Shown piece by piece: positions 30,449 to 40,061 of a stretch of 64,000 nt of DNA. The stretch spans positions 64,494 to 128,493 of the forward strand of contig DAIDJN010000026.1 of NCBI GenBank assembly GCA_027451365.1, written 5' to 3'. This DNA is from Phycisphaerales bacterium. Lineage in GTDB: Bacteria > Planctomycetota > Phycisphaerae > WQYP01. The stretch's first letter is position 1; every line of letters begins with the position of its first letter. The notes under the pieces were generated by a model. The model did no database searches. It was not told the DNA's origin and worked only from the letters and a program-made list of their open reading frames with translations. A program made the position numbers and the translations under genes.

Positions 30449-31336
30449 TCAGCGCGGTTTCGCCGCCTCAAGAACCATCATTTCGGCCAATTGTTCAAAC
30501 GACACGCGAGGCCGCCACCCCAACTCCCGCAGACGCTGCGGATCGGATACGAGCCGGGGATATTCCGCGCGGAAACCCGGAATGGCTCGCACATAACTCC
30601 GCCAGTCTCGCCCAATGCAGGCAAAACATGCTGCGACCCATTCTTCAATTGTTAGCCCGATTCCCGAGCCGATGACCGCTTCATGAACCGTGTCCTGATT
30701 CACCAGAGCATAAATGGCCGCCGCCGTGTCGCCGGCAAATGTCCATTCCTTGGCTACAGCCAGATCGCCGATTTCAATAACCTTTTGGGTTCCGGCCGCG
30801 ATCGCGGCCACTCCGGAAGCGACCATCTGGCTGACATGCCTTGGCGACCGAAGCGGACTTTCATGATGGAACAGATATCCCACATATGTCCGGATTTTCA
30901 GGGATCGATAATAACGGGCCGCATAAACAGACGCTATTCGCGACACGGCGTAGGGGCTGACCGGATCAAAGGGTGTCGCCTCATGAATTGGCAGACCACG
31001 GTTCATGAACTGAACGCCGCTGCCGGTGATAAACACACGGGCCTCGGGCACATACATGCGGGCCGCTTCAAGCACATGAAGTGTTCCGCCGGCTATTGTC
31101 GCATGATTTTCGAAAAGGGCATCGTGGCGGGTAGTGGAATTCGCCGCCAGATGAAACAGGAAATCCGGGCGATGGTCCTCAACCAGTGCACGAACGGCGG
31201 AAAAATCCGCCACGTCCAGGCGAACTTCGCCAGTCTTTCGACCCGCACCGATCACGGTCAGGCCGCCATCGCGCAACAGTTGGGCCAGATAATGACCGGT
31301 CTGCCCGCCGACGCCGAATATGATTGCTTTGGCCAT
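30449..31336 (-). CDS. Extended SDR, GDP-mannose 4,6-dehydratase/reductase-like
   Basis: GVGGQTG, FHLAA, SPYAVSR, LFHHESPLR, KEWTFAGD. Confidence 0.85.
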   Translation of the reverse strand: MAKAIIFGVGGQTGHYLAQLLRDGGLTVIGAGRKTGEVRLDVADFSAVRALVEDHRPDFLFHLAANSTTRHDALFENHATIAGGTLHVLEAARMYVPEARVFITGSGVQFMNRGLPIHEATPFDPVSPYAVSRIASVYAARYYRSLKIRTYVGYLFHHESPLRSPRHVSQMVASGVAAIAAGTQKVIEIGDLAVAKEWTFAGDTAAAIYALVNQDTVHEAVIGSGIGLTIEEWVAACFACIGRDWRSYVRAIPGFRAEYPRLVSDPQRLRELGWRPRVSFEQLAEMMVLEAAKPR

Positions 31337-31353
31337 GGTGTTGCCGCAGACTT

Positions 31354-32640
31354 TCAGAAGCTGTAGGTCCCCGCCGGGGAATCCTTGTCAACAATGGTGA
31401 TATGTGGCAGCGGGAAAATAAATTTCGTGCCCGCAGCGAGCGTCTCTTTTTCACGGCGGAGAAATTCGGCGGCAAAATGCCAGGGAAGCACCAGGTAGTA
31501 ATCCGGGCGCATGGCGCGCGATTCCGCCTCGCTGACAATAGGAATTTCGGTGCCAAGGGTCTGCGCTCCAAATTTTTCCGGGCTGCGCTCCGCGGCAACA
31601 TCGATAATCCGGTTATCAATACCGCACCACTGCAAAATTGTGTTTCCTTTGGTGGATGCCCCGTAAATATGAATCCGCTTTCCCTCCCGCTTCAATTTCC
31701 TGAGAAGATTATTGAGTTCCTGCCGATGCACGTTAATTCGGTCCTGAAAATTCCGGTACGGCTTTTCAGTATCCAGTTCCATATCAAACTCCTTAAGCCG
31801 CAGTTTATGGAGTTCATCGGTAAACACCGGATTCTTAAAGCGGAAGTTATGTTCATGAGCGGCATAAACGCGAATGGATCCACCATTGATTGCATTGAAT
31901 CCGGCACGAAATGCCTTGAGACCGGCTCGCTTGAGAATGTTTTCAATCACCGCCAGGCTGTAATATTCAAGATGTTCATGACATATTGTATCGTAAGAAT
32001 TGGTTTCAAGCATGGCGGGCATGTAAGACATTTCAAATATCCACAGGCCGTCAGGGGAAAGCATTTCCCCAATTCCACGGGCGAACGCGACGGGATCTTC
32101 CAGATCATAAAACATGGCGATGGATGTAATCACATCAAATTTTTTATCTCCCATCAGATCGGACAGTTCCTGTGATGGAAACACATCCTGCACCAGCTTG
32201 AACTTGACCTTGCTGGAAAGGGCCACATTGGAAGGATCAATGCCGAATTTCTCGAAATCCTCGGGATAATAGCTTAATAGCGTGCCGTCATTCACGCCGA
32301 TATCCAGCACGCGGGCGAGCAGCTTTCCGGACAGGGCTGCACCTTCCTGGGCAATTCCGCGAAGGTGGTCGCGCATGGTCTGATTCGTACCGCTGCGATA
32401 CCAATAGCTTGAATACAGAATCTGGGGCGGAACACTGTATGCCATTTGCAGCAGTCCGCAAGCGCCTTCCTGCTGGGCCGGGTCACAACGTACCACAGCG
32501 GTGGGAATACGCCGCAACGGAGGGACGTCGGAACCGGCTTTCAAAAAAGATCCCTGAAGATGTTGCTCACCAAGATCAATAACCTTTTGCAGATGGCGCG
32601 AACCGCACACCCGGCAGGTCTGTCTTTTAATCAAGTGCAT
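31354..32640 (-). CDS. NDP-sugar C-methyltransferase (Zn-binding, class I SAM-dependent)
   Basis: CRVCG...C..ACGLLQ, LDIGVNDG, YDTICHEHLEYY, YGASTKGNT, LVLPWHF; AGGAG SD before ATG 32640. Confidence 0.88.
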   Translation of the reverse strand: MHLIKRQTCRVCGSRHLQKVIDLGEQHLQGSFLKAGSDVPPLRRIPTAVVRCDPAQQEGACGLLQMAYSVPPQILYSSYWYRSGTNQTMRDHLRGIAQEGAALSGKLLARVLDIGVNDGTLLSYYPEDFEKFGIDPSNVALSSKVKFKLVQDVFPSQELSDLMGDKKFDVITSIAMFYDLEDPVAFARGIGEMLSPDGLWIFEMSYMPAMLETNSYDTICHEHLEYYSLAVIENILKRAGLKAFRAGFNAINGGSIRVYAAHEHNFRFKNPVFTDELHKLRLKEFDMELDTEKPYRNFQDRINVHRQELNNLLRKLKREGKRIHIYGASTKGNTILQWCGIDNRIIDVAAERSPEKFGAQTLGTEIPIVSEAESRAMRPDYYLVLPWHFAAEFLRREKETLAAGTKFIFPLPHITIVDKDSPAGTYSF

Positions 32641-32648
32641 GGAGGCTC

Positions 32649-33101
32649 CTAACGTATGCGGGAACTGACCTTTTTTACGGCGCTGACAAGTATGCGATCC
32701 AATTGTTCCATACATTTGTTCCGCTGAAGATTCAGAATGGCCAGCTTTTTTACCACCGCCGCCTTTTCCCCATCGGGTACTTTTTCAAATTCGTATACCT
32801 TTTCCTGTTCATGCCACAAAGCGCAATTTGTTGTGGCCAACTGCGAAAACACTTCGCCCAGGCCGCCAATCACCGGCGGAACCTTATTCCCCCGGCGCTT
32901 GTACACCTTATTGGCGGCGAAAGCGAGTCGGCTGACTGGAATATTGCCGACAAACGCGCCGGCTACCAAATCATTGATTTCCTGTTGAAGAGCCGATTTC
33001 TGAGATCGGAGACTTTTAAGCCGATCCGCATCGGCACTATGCCAGATTTTGAGGTCCACGATGGTCAGCTTGTCACACAATGAGCCAAGAGTCTCGGCCA
33101 T
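32649..33101 (-). CDS. Helical hypothetical protein (DUF4254-like)
   Basis: ETLGSLCDKLTIVDLKIWH; N..LWHEQE; LNLQRN. Confidence 0.7.
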   Translation of the reverse strand: MAETLGSLCDKLTIVDLKIWHSADADRLKSLRSQKSALQQEINDLVAGAFVGNIPVSRLAFAANKVYKRRGNKVPPVIGGLGEVFSQLATTNCALWHEQEKVYEFEKVPDGEKAAVVKKLAILNLQRNKCMEQLDRILVSAVKKVSSRIR

Positions 33102-33238
33102 GAGGAATCATCCTTGTTTGCGCCGTGGCAGCCTGACAGTTCGAATCGCTTCGAGCTGTTGTATACAGGTATTCTCCGCCGCTGGGGGAAAAATGCAAGG
33201 CCCGCTCCGGCGGCGGCCCGATTGGGGAGTTCAACCGG

Positions 33239-34327
33239 CTAGGCCGGAGTCGCCGAACTATGCGCGGTTTCAACGGTGGCGTCCGTACATGGGCCATCCG
33301 CTGTGGCAAGTTCCACAACGCGGCTCATACGACGCAACATAAAAGCAGGGCGGAAATCGTTGGTTGCAATAAACGAACACCGGCTTTTAAACACCGGCTC
33401 ATCAAAGCCAAGGCTCGCTTCCAGCGGGCAGTGGCAGAAGGAAAGAAATATCTTCCGCGACTGAAGATTACGCCGGTGTATGGAAAAGCTGTAGGAGCCG
33501 GAACTTCTGCCGATGATAGCAGAGCAAAAAGTGCTCAGGTATCCGTTCTCATTCAGGTCCGGTCCATGTTTCTGAATAATATCCGCGGAGTGAACGATAT
33601 TGGACCGCTTAAGGTCGGTGGCATTGGAGGGAATAAACAGAATCCGCGGAAATTTTTCAGCCAGCGCCAGAATAAACGGTGCGAAATCGAAGTCCGTACT
33701 CTGCTGGGAAAGAACCTTTCCATTTGAAATTAGAATTTTAACCCGTGAATCTTTCTCCATAAACGCATCAATGGATTGGATGTGAAATCTGGAAAAATCT
33801 GGATCCGGCATACATTCGGTCACCGGCGGAAGCGCCAGACCGACGGCTCGCCGCACGCTGGCAGCCAAAATGTCACGAATCAACAGAATGTTGCAGCCCC
33901 CCGTTGCTTCAACCGTCTGGGTCCCAAGACAGCCGATCCACGTATTAATAAAAGCAGTCCCTGAAGAACGGTCCACCAGATAGGGCCGGTTATTCCGCAA
34001 ATTTTTGAACAACACCGGATCGTGGCCAATCGATGGCATATCCGCCAGCAGATCAACCGGGCAACCGTGACTGTAAAGAAAAGTCACGCCGATAAGTGGA
34101 CGGATAATTTCCCGCACAATGCCGCGGGCCAGATGGATATCTCCATTGTGAAAATGGTTAAAAAAGACGATGCGTTTGAGGTCCGCCAGCGCTATTTCCG
34201 GCTCCGGCGGATGGCGGCCGGAAAGAAAATCCTGGGAAAAGCCGCGTCGTCGCGCACGACGGCCCGGCCCCAACGGATCGCGAAGCAGATCAAGAACTCG
34301 CACTTTCTTTTTTTTCGACCCGGACAT
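33239..34327 (-). CDS. Hypothetical protein, possibly glycosyltransferase-like
   Basis: 362-aa ORF inside the glycan cluster; HFHNGDIH and LSTFCSAIIGRSSG are reminiscent of GT-B enzymes. Confidence 0.6.
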   Translation of the reverse strand: MSGSKKKKVRVLDLLRDPLGPGRRARRRGFSQDFLSGRHPPEPEIALADLKRIVFFNHFHNGDIHLARGIVREIIRPLIGVTFLYSHGCPVDLLADMPSIGHDPVLFKNLRNNRPYLVDRSSGTAFINTWIGCLGTQTVEATGGCNILLIRDILAASVRRAVGLALPPVTECMPDPDFSRFHIQSIDAFMEKDSRVKILISNGKVLSQQSTDFDFAPFILALAEKFPRILFIPSNATDLKRSNIVHSADIIQKHGPDLNENGYLSTFCSAIIGRSSGSYSFSIHRRNLQSRKIFLSFCHCPLEASLGFDEPVFKSRCSFIATNDFRPAFMLRRMSRVVELATADGPCTDATVETAHSSATPA

Positions 34328-34437
34328 TACAACTCCAAAAGTTACGTTCCATTCGTCTCACTGCTGGCCTGAGGTGCCGCGGCGGCGAAATATTATAACC
34401 AGCCGAATAGACGACCGCGAACGGCAATCACGTCATG

Positions 34438-34540
34438 TGTTGTGCCGAAATAGAAGTGTCACCTCCGAGTCTGGGGTATACCGGACGGAATGACAAGCTT
34501 ATTCATGTCGGCTAACGAATGGGCCTACTTGGCGCACCGG
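34438..34540 (+). mobile_element. IS1202/ISNCY-like left-end remnant with possible transposase N-terminal stub
   Basis: TGTTGTGCCGAAATAGAAGTGTCACC end; 38/40 nt identical to 53248..53287; followed by MTSLFMSANEWAYL. Confidence 0.55.
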
Positions 34541-34566
34541 CCTGGTTCGGTTTACACTTGGCCGCC

Positions 34567-35187
34567 ATGTCCAAATACCATGATGACAGAACAGCCGCAT
34601 CCGATCCGGTTAATATCCGGCTGTCCAATTCCAAATTACAGTTACTTCAGCCCGACCTTTTTGGCTGGCAGTCGCTCTTCACAAAAATGGTTTTTATGAA
34701 TCGGAGGCTCCGCGCCCGCGGTATCAGGGCGATGCTCAATGAGCACCTCAGCTTCGGGGACTCGCGTGCCGCGGTTGTGATGCGGATCCGATCGCCCCTG
34801 ATCGTGGCCGCCTATTCCGACGAGCTTGACGCGGTGATCCTGCTGGAATTCCCCGATTTTCTGGCGACAGATTATTCGCTTCGCCTCGGCTCGCGGCTGC
34901 TAACGGTAAACACCTACCGCTTTGGCAACAGCCCGCTTAGAGATATTCACGCCGGCCCGGAATTTAAAGGGCGCTATAGCAGTTTTTACCCGCTGATCGC
35001 AGAGTTTCTTTCCGATGACATAGATACAATAAACCGCAGAAAAAGCCGAATCGCTGAAGCCGAATGGCGGCAAACCGTCGAGTTTTCCCGGAAACTGCTG
35101 GCCGGCGATCAAGTCTGGCTACGCGACGGTCGGCCCATGGAGAGTTTCAAAGTGGGCAGGCGGGTGGAATTGCCGCCAACGGGATGA
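34567..35187 (+). CDS. Hypothetical protein
   Basis: Protein-like ORF (MSKYHDDRTAASDP...LIVAAYSDELDAV...LLTVNTY); family not identified. Confidence 0.65.
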   Translation: MSKYHDDRTAASDPVNIRLSNSKLQLLQPDLFGWQSLFTKMVFMNRRLRARGIRAMLNEHLSFGDSRAAVVMRIRSPLIVAAYSDELDAVILLEFPDFLATDYSLRLGSRLLTVNTYRFGNSPLRDIHAGPEFKGRYSSFYPLIAEFLSDDIDTINRRKSRIAEAEWRQTVEFSRKLLAGDQVWLRDGRPMESFKVGRRVELPPTG

Positions 35188-35334
35188 TGGGTCCGAAAAA
35201 ATCATCGCTAAAATCTGAAAAACGCTTTCATTCGCACCGCTTTCCAAAGCAGAAATCGACGCACAAAGTTTGTCATTGGCGCGTTGGCACTTGCGTCCGA
35301 AGCTTTTGCAGTTAGAAAATCGCAAGGTGCACAG

Positions 35335-36260
35335 ATGGCGTAACTTATCATTGCGGCATCGTGAGCGGCGACTTGTAATGCTCGCGAATTTCGCCTTGGC
35401 ATACAACAGGAAAATACTCGCAGCGGCTGCCATAGCCGCGGCCAACAGCGGTCATGCCCGTCTTTATCATTGCGATCATTTTCAGAGCGACGCGATTCTC
35501 AAAGGACGCCATCCGCGGTTTGATGGCCTCCTGCTTGGGGCCTGCGAACCGGCGATCGAACTGCCCTGATTGCTCGCATCCAGCTCTATTCCGACCATTG
35601 ATACTTCCGGCGAGATCAGCCCTCCCTCGCTGCTGCGAGTCATTTCAGACGATATGATCGCTAGCGGCCAGCGTTCTGGAGGCCTGCCTGCACGCCAATA
35701 TTCTGGTTCCTGAACGGGCCGCCATTCTGGGAGATGACGACGACGATATGCATACACAGTTGCAGGAGCCGCACATTTCCACCATTCCGCTTGCCTGCCA
35801 TCGCATCGGATATATGGCAACGACAATGCGGTTAAAGAGTGGTACCGGTCATCAGCGGCGGGGAAAAATCAGTCCGTGCGAAGAGTTACACATTCCGCCG
35901 CTGCCCGTTATTTCGCGCCGCTCCTCGGATATTGTTGCCGCAGACGACCCGTTTATACGCGATGCGGCGGCATATATACGGGACCATCTGCATGAAGGAC
36001 TGAACGTTAAACAACTGTCCTGCGCCATGAAGGTTTCACGAACCACCCTTGAAACCCGGTTCAAGGCAGTGCTGCGGCGGCAACCCGCCGAGGAAGTCCG
36101 CCGCCAGCGGATGGAGCGGGCCAAAACGCTTTTATCTTCCAGTAAAATAACGGTCGGAGAAATTGCGAGCAAGGTCGGATTCGGTTCCGCGCAGCTTTTC
36201 AGCGAGCCGTTCCGACGGTTTGAAAGGCGCCCCCACTGACCTATCGCAACGCCGCCGGAA
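35335..36260 (+). pseudogene. Decayed XylR-type (periplasmic-binding-like sensor + AraC HTH) regulator, paralog of 38506..39711
   Basis: Shares ARLYHCDHFQ, LLGACEP, DTSGE, EACLHA, EPHIS, YIRDHLHEG, VSRTTLETRFK, PAEEVRRQR; has TGA at 35567, a large internal deletion with frameshift near 35670 and a frameshift near 36230; start approximate. Confidence 0.88.
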
Positions 36261-36326
36261 AAAGAAAAATTGTGGCCGACTGATGCCAATACCGTTCCGA
36301 AAATCCGGTAAATGGCGATCAGCTAT

Positions 36327-36392
36327 TGTGGAAAATTCGATTTAATTTGTGGAAAAACAATATTGCCGAAAATTCATTAATAACGCTAAGAT
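36327..36392 (+). promoter_or_regulatory. Putative activator-dependent promoter A: TGTGGAAAA direct repeats (21-bp period), -35 TTGCCG, -10 TAAGAT
   Basis: TGTGGAAAA at 36327 and 36348; near-identical element at 39772. Confidence 0.75.
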
Positions 36393-36593
36393 GTTTTGCA
36401 TTAATGGTGAACATGTGGATCAACATGATGGTCTGCACACCGTTTCAAGCAAGCATCTTTTCGGATGCTGAAATGAACAGAGTTTAAGAATCGTGCAGTC
36501 GATAAGGCGCGTGAAACGCACGGTGGATAACGGGCGTTTAAGAATTCAGTTCTACTTTTTTTAACCGGGCATCGCTCGGAAGGAGATGATTTC

Positions 36594-37949
36594 ATGCGTT
36601 TTGGCACAAGAATTCTGACCGGCATTTTAACCGCGGCCGCCGGTGGCGGGCTGGCGGCTGTTGCCCAAGCACAAACCAACATCGCCATTGTGAACCCGAA
36701 TTTCAGTGAGGTTTATCAAAGCCAGGCCAACTACCAGACCAGCCTTTCCAACCCGTCCGCGGCGATCACCGGAGACCTGAACAATGGTTATTCCCTGGGA
36801 TGGGGATCCACAACGTTTAGCAATTCATTGACATTCAGCGACGGCTCAACCAGTTCATCCGGCTATGTGCCGGGCTGGGCCGGCTCCGGCGGCGAACAAT
36901 ATCTTGGTGCCACCACCACAGCACCCAATCCGCGGAGCGGTGGCACCTATGCCTGGTCAAATAACGGCAATTTCAGTCAGACGCTGGCCACCAATATCAC
37001 TCCGGGCGCAACCTATCTTCTAACCGCCGGCATCGACAACCGCTATAGCGGTGACGGTCCGGTGATGCAGTTGACCGCGGGTGGAACAGCATTGACCGGT
37101 GGAACGTTGTTTGGTTTGCCAGCAGGATACCGCCAGGCACCGAACACGGTGGCGGAACTGGTCACGGCACCAGCCGGTGCGAGCGGTGCTCTGGGCATTA
37201 CTTTGGGAAACAGCGCGGGCGGCCAGACGGACTTTAATAATGTCCAACTGGTTGAAAATCCAAGCGGAGTGCCCACGGTTTACGCCAATGGACTGACGGT
37301 AAATAACCTTGGGGGAGTGGCGCCCACGCCCGGCCCGACGGATCAGGCGAATCTAAGCCCGACGGGCACTGTCAGTGCCGCCTATCCGGGTAATCCGACG
37401 GGCAACACAGTGAACTACTACACCAATAACGGTGCACCTCCGGGCCAGACCTTTACCACTGGCACCGCGCAAGGCTATACATTAAACAGCATTACCGTGC
37501 TGGATTCCGATGAACATGGCGGCTTTAGCGACAACGCCGCCCTGACCTTAAGCATCAGCAGCATCAGCAGCGGAAAGTACACACTGGTGGGCGTGGTTAC
37601 TGGCGCGGTGCCGGTCGGCACCTCCACTGCCACCGGTGATTACGTTCAACTGGTCCTGAATACGCCGATAACGCTAAACGGCAGCAGCGTCTACGGTTAT
37701 TCCATTTCCAGCAACACCGGCTACAGCGGACTGGCCGCCGATACCAACAATGATTACACCGGCGGAACGCTGGCTGATTTCCAGCCGGGAAGTTCGCCTT
37801 TCGGTGGAACACTTGCCACCAGCACTGTTCTGCCAAGCAGTGTGTTTGATGTCAGCCTGACGGCGACGCCAGAACCTGCCAGTCTTTCACTGCTGCTCGT
37901 GGCCGCCGGATTGATGCTGCTTGCACGGCGAAGGCCGGTCAATAACTGA
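36594..37949 (+). CDS. Secreted beta-rich PEP-CTERM protein (copy A), possibly carbohydrate-binding
   Basis: AAGGAG SD; signal peptide ending AQA; Gly/Thr/Asn-rich; TPEPASLSLLLVAAGLMLLARRR; paralog of 40062..41453. Confidence 0.9.
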   Translation: MRFGTRILTGILTAAAGGGLAAVAQAQTNIAIVNPNFSEVYQSQANYQTSLSNPSAAITGDLNNGYSLGWGSTTFSNSLTFSDGSTSSSGYVPGWAGSGGEQYLGATTTAPNPRSGGTYAWSNNGNFSQTLATNITPGATYLLTAGIDNRYSGDGPVMQLTAGGTALTGGTLFGLPAGYRQAPNTVAELVTAPAGASGALGITLGNSAGGQTDFNNVQLVENPSGVPTVYANGLTVNNLGGVAPTPGPTDQANLSPTGTVSAAYPGNPTGNTVNYYTNNGAPPGQTFTTGTAQGYTLNSITVLDSDEHGGFSDNAALTLSISSISSGKYTLVGVVTGAVPVGTSTATGDYVQLVLNTPITLNGSSVYGYSISSNTGYSGLAADTNNDYTGGTLADFQPGSSPFGGTLATSTVLPSSVFDVSLTATPEPASLSLLLVAAGLMLLARRRPVNN

Positions 37950-38173
37950 TGCGCGGGCGGCGTAAGTGCAGCGGCTGCACGCACAGTTTGAACCTGCGCT
38001 GTAATTTTTGGCAAAAATTCGCCGCAAATTGCACTGACATTCCGGATTCTGATGGTCATTGTGCCTCTTGGCCGCCGGAAGGCCAGAACCTGCGGAACTT
38101 TTGGCCGTGGATGGCATGATAGTCCGGTGTAACCGTATGACGGACGGCACATATAACATTCTGAATCGGGATC

Positions 38174-38247
38174 GGAGAGTAGTTTATAATCCGAATATCA
38201 CCCATTCGCCCAAGCGAACCGCTTTTACGTTGGTAGAATTGCTGGGG
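38174..38247 (+). pseudogene. 5' stub of a prepilin-type gene (copy A)
   Basis: GGAGAG SD then NPNITHSPKRTAFTLVELL, versus MNKITHDRRSTGFTLVELL of 41637; similarity ends after VELL and no ATG follows the SD. Confidence 0.7.
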
Positions 38248-38505
38248 CCTATTCCACAATTGCTCTGCGGATCGGCCACGACCAGGTGGTTGGGGCCGGG
38301 TTCTGGGCGGCAAACCCCTTGCATTGACTGAACCCGGCCCGCCAGACGGAATTACCGATTGTTCCTTCATGCCCGGATGGAAACATTTGGTCCATCGAGT
38401 GTAACTTCGCCAGTGGATTTTCACCGTTGCCTGAATCGCATTCGCAGCGTAGTCTAAACTTTCGGCGCTGAAAATATAATGCTCGACACGGGATATTGAA
38501 TAGTT

Positions 38506-39711
38506 ATGGCAAAAAGAATCCGATCGGTCGGCAGCGAACTGTGCGTGGCTATCGTTGCGAATTTCGCTCACGCGTACAATCGCGGAATTCTTCGCGGTGC
38601 CATCGCGGCCGTCGAAGAATTTCGCAATGCCAGGCTCTATCATTGTGACCACTTTCAGGCACGATCAGTGCTGGAATCCCAGCATCCGAAATTTGACCGT
38701 GTACTGCTGGGTGCATGCGAACCGTCCCTGCGGTTGCCAGCCCTGTTTGCCGCCGGCTCAATCCGGACGGTAGACACGTCCGGAGAGGTGCATCCGCCGC
38801 TGCTGCCGCGCGTTGTTTCCGATGATGTGGCGGTCGGGCGGCTTGCCGCGGAATATTTCGTAGAACGTGGATTCCGCCACTATCTATTCTTTGGGTATAA
38901 GGAATTTTACTGGTCCAATCTGCGTCTGGAGGGTTATCGAAACGCCTTGGCCCGTCGCGGCAAGCATACAGCGGTCCACTTGATAGCCGACGGCGCCGCC
39001 TGGAATCTTGCGGCCGTCGCCGAAAAGATCGTCGGCGGCACGGTCGGCCGCAGCGATGCGCCGGTCGCAATCTTTTGTGCCAATGATTGCTGCGCCGTCA
39101 TGGTGGTTGAGGCATGCCTTCATGCGAAGGTTCAAATTCCGGAACAGGCCGCAGTGCTGGGCGTGGATGACGATGAGATGCTCACCTGCCTTCGTGAGCC
39201 GCATATTTCCAGTATCCAACTGAACTGCCACCGGATTGGCCACCAGGCGATGCAGCAGCTTCTTGCCGATAAACCGTCCGGAAAAGTCGCCGGTCGCGCG
39301 GCACCGCGAACGGTCCTGATCCCGCCGTTGTCTGTGGCATCACGACAATCGACGGATATGGTCGCCGTTGACGACGCGCTTGTCCGCCGAGCCATTACTT
39401 ATATCCGCGATCATCTTCATGAGGGAATGAATATTAAAATATTGATATCCGCAATCGGCGTTTCCCGCACCACGCTGGAAACACGTTTTAAGCGCATGCT
39501 GGGGCGGCGGCCGGCGGAGGAGGTCCGGCGGCAACGGCTGTTGCGGGCGTGCGAAATGCTCGCGTCCGGTGAATTGACCGTTGGTGAGATTGGGCGACGG
39601 GTGGGCTTCAACTCCGCACAGCTTTTCAGCGAATCGTTTCGCCGCTACAAAAAAATGACGCCCCTGACCTATCGAAAGTCTATGCAGGCTCACGCGCGAC
39701 ATTCCGTATGA
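38506..39711 (+). CDS. XylR-type transcriptional regulator (LacI-like ligand-binding domain + AraC HTH)
   Basis: VVSDDVAVGRLAAEYF..RGFRH, AIFCAND, IPEQAAVLGVDDD, RQSTD, C-terminal VGFNSAQLFSESFRRYKKMTPLTYRK. Confidence 0.92.
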   Translation: MAKRIRSVGSELCVAIVANFAHAYNRGILRGAIAAVEEFRNARLYHCDHFQARSVLESQHPKFDRVLLGACEPSLRLPALFAAGSIRTVDTSGEVHPPLLPRVVSDDVAVGRLAAEYFVERGFRHYLFFGYKEFYWSNLRLEGYRNALARRGKHTAVHLIADGAAWNLAAVAEKIVGGTVGRSDAPVAIFCANDCCAVMVVEACLHAKVQIPEQAAVLGVDDDEMLTCLREPHISSIQLNCHRIGHQAMQQLLADKPSGKVAGRAAPRTVLIPPLSVASRQSTDMVAVDDALVRRAITYIRDHLHEGMNIKILISAIGVSRTTLETRFKRMLGRRPAEEVRRQRLLRACEMLASGELTVGEIGRRVGFNSAQLFSESFRRYKKMTPLTYRKSMQAHARHSV

Positions 39712-39771
39712 CCGATCAATTCCTGGGCAAAACCACTGCTTTTTCCGTATTTTAACAGGCTTTCCGCACGC

Positions 39772-39836
39772 TGTGGAAAATTCGACTGATTTTGTGGAAA
39801 AACAATATTGCAGACTGGTCGCCATGGCGTTAAAGT
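39772..39836 (+). promoter_or_regulatory. Putative activator-dependent promoter B: TGTGGAAAA direct repeats (21-bp period), -35 TTGCAG, N17, -10 TAAAGT
   Basis: TGTGGAAAA at 39772 and 39793; TTGCAG 39808, TAAAGT 39831. Confidence 0.75.
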
Positions 39837-40061
39837 GAATCCATTGGACGCAGGGTTCTTGGAAAAGATCTTTTTTTCAATGCTGACCTGCATTTAAGAA
39901 CCAATTTGACGACCCATGGCGAACCATATATTCAGATGGCGCTCTGGTAAGTGATCTTTATAAACTGTGTTGCAATGATCGGCCTAAATTCAGCAGCCGA
40001 GAGTGTCGGCTGCGGGCTTCATGTTCTGTTCTCCGGGCATCGCTCGGGAGGAGATTTATCT

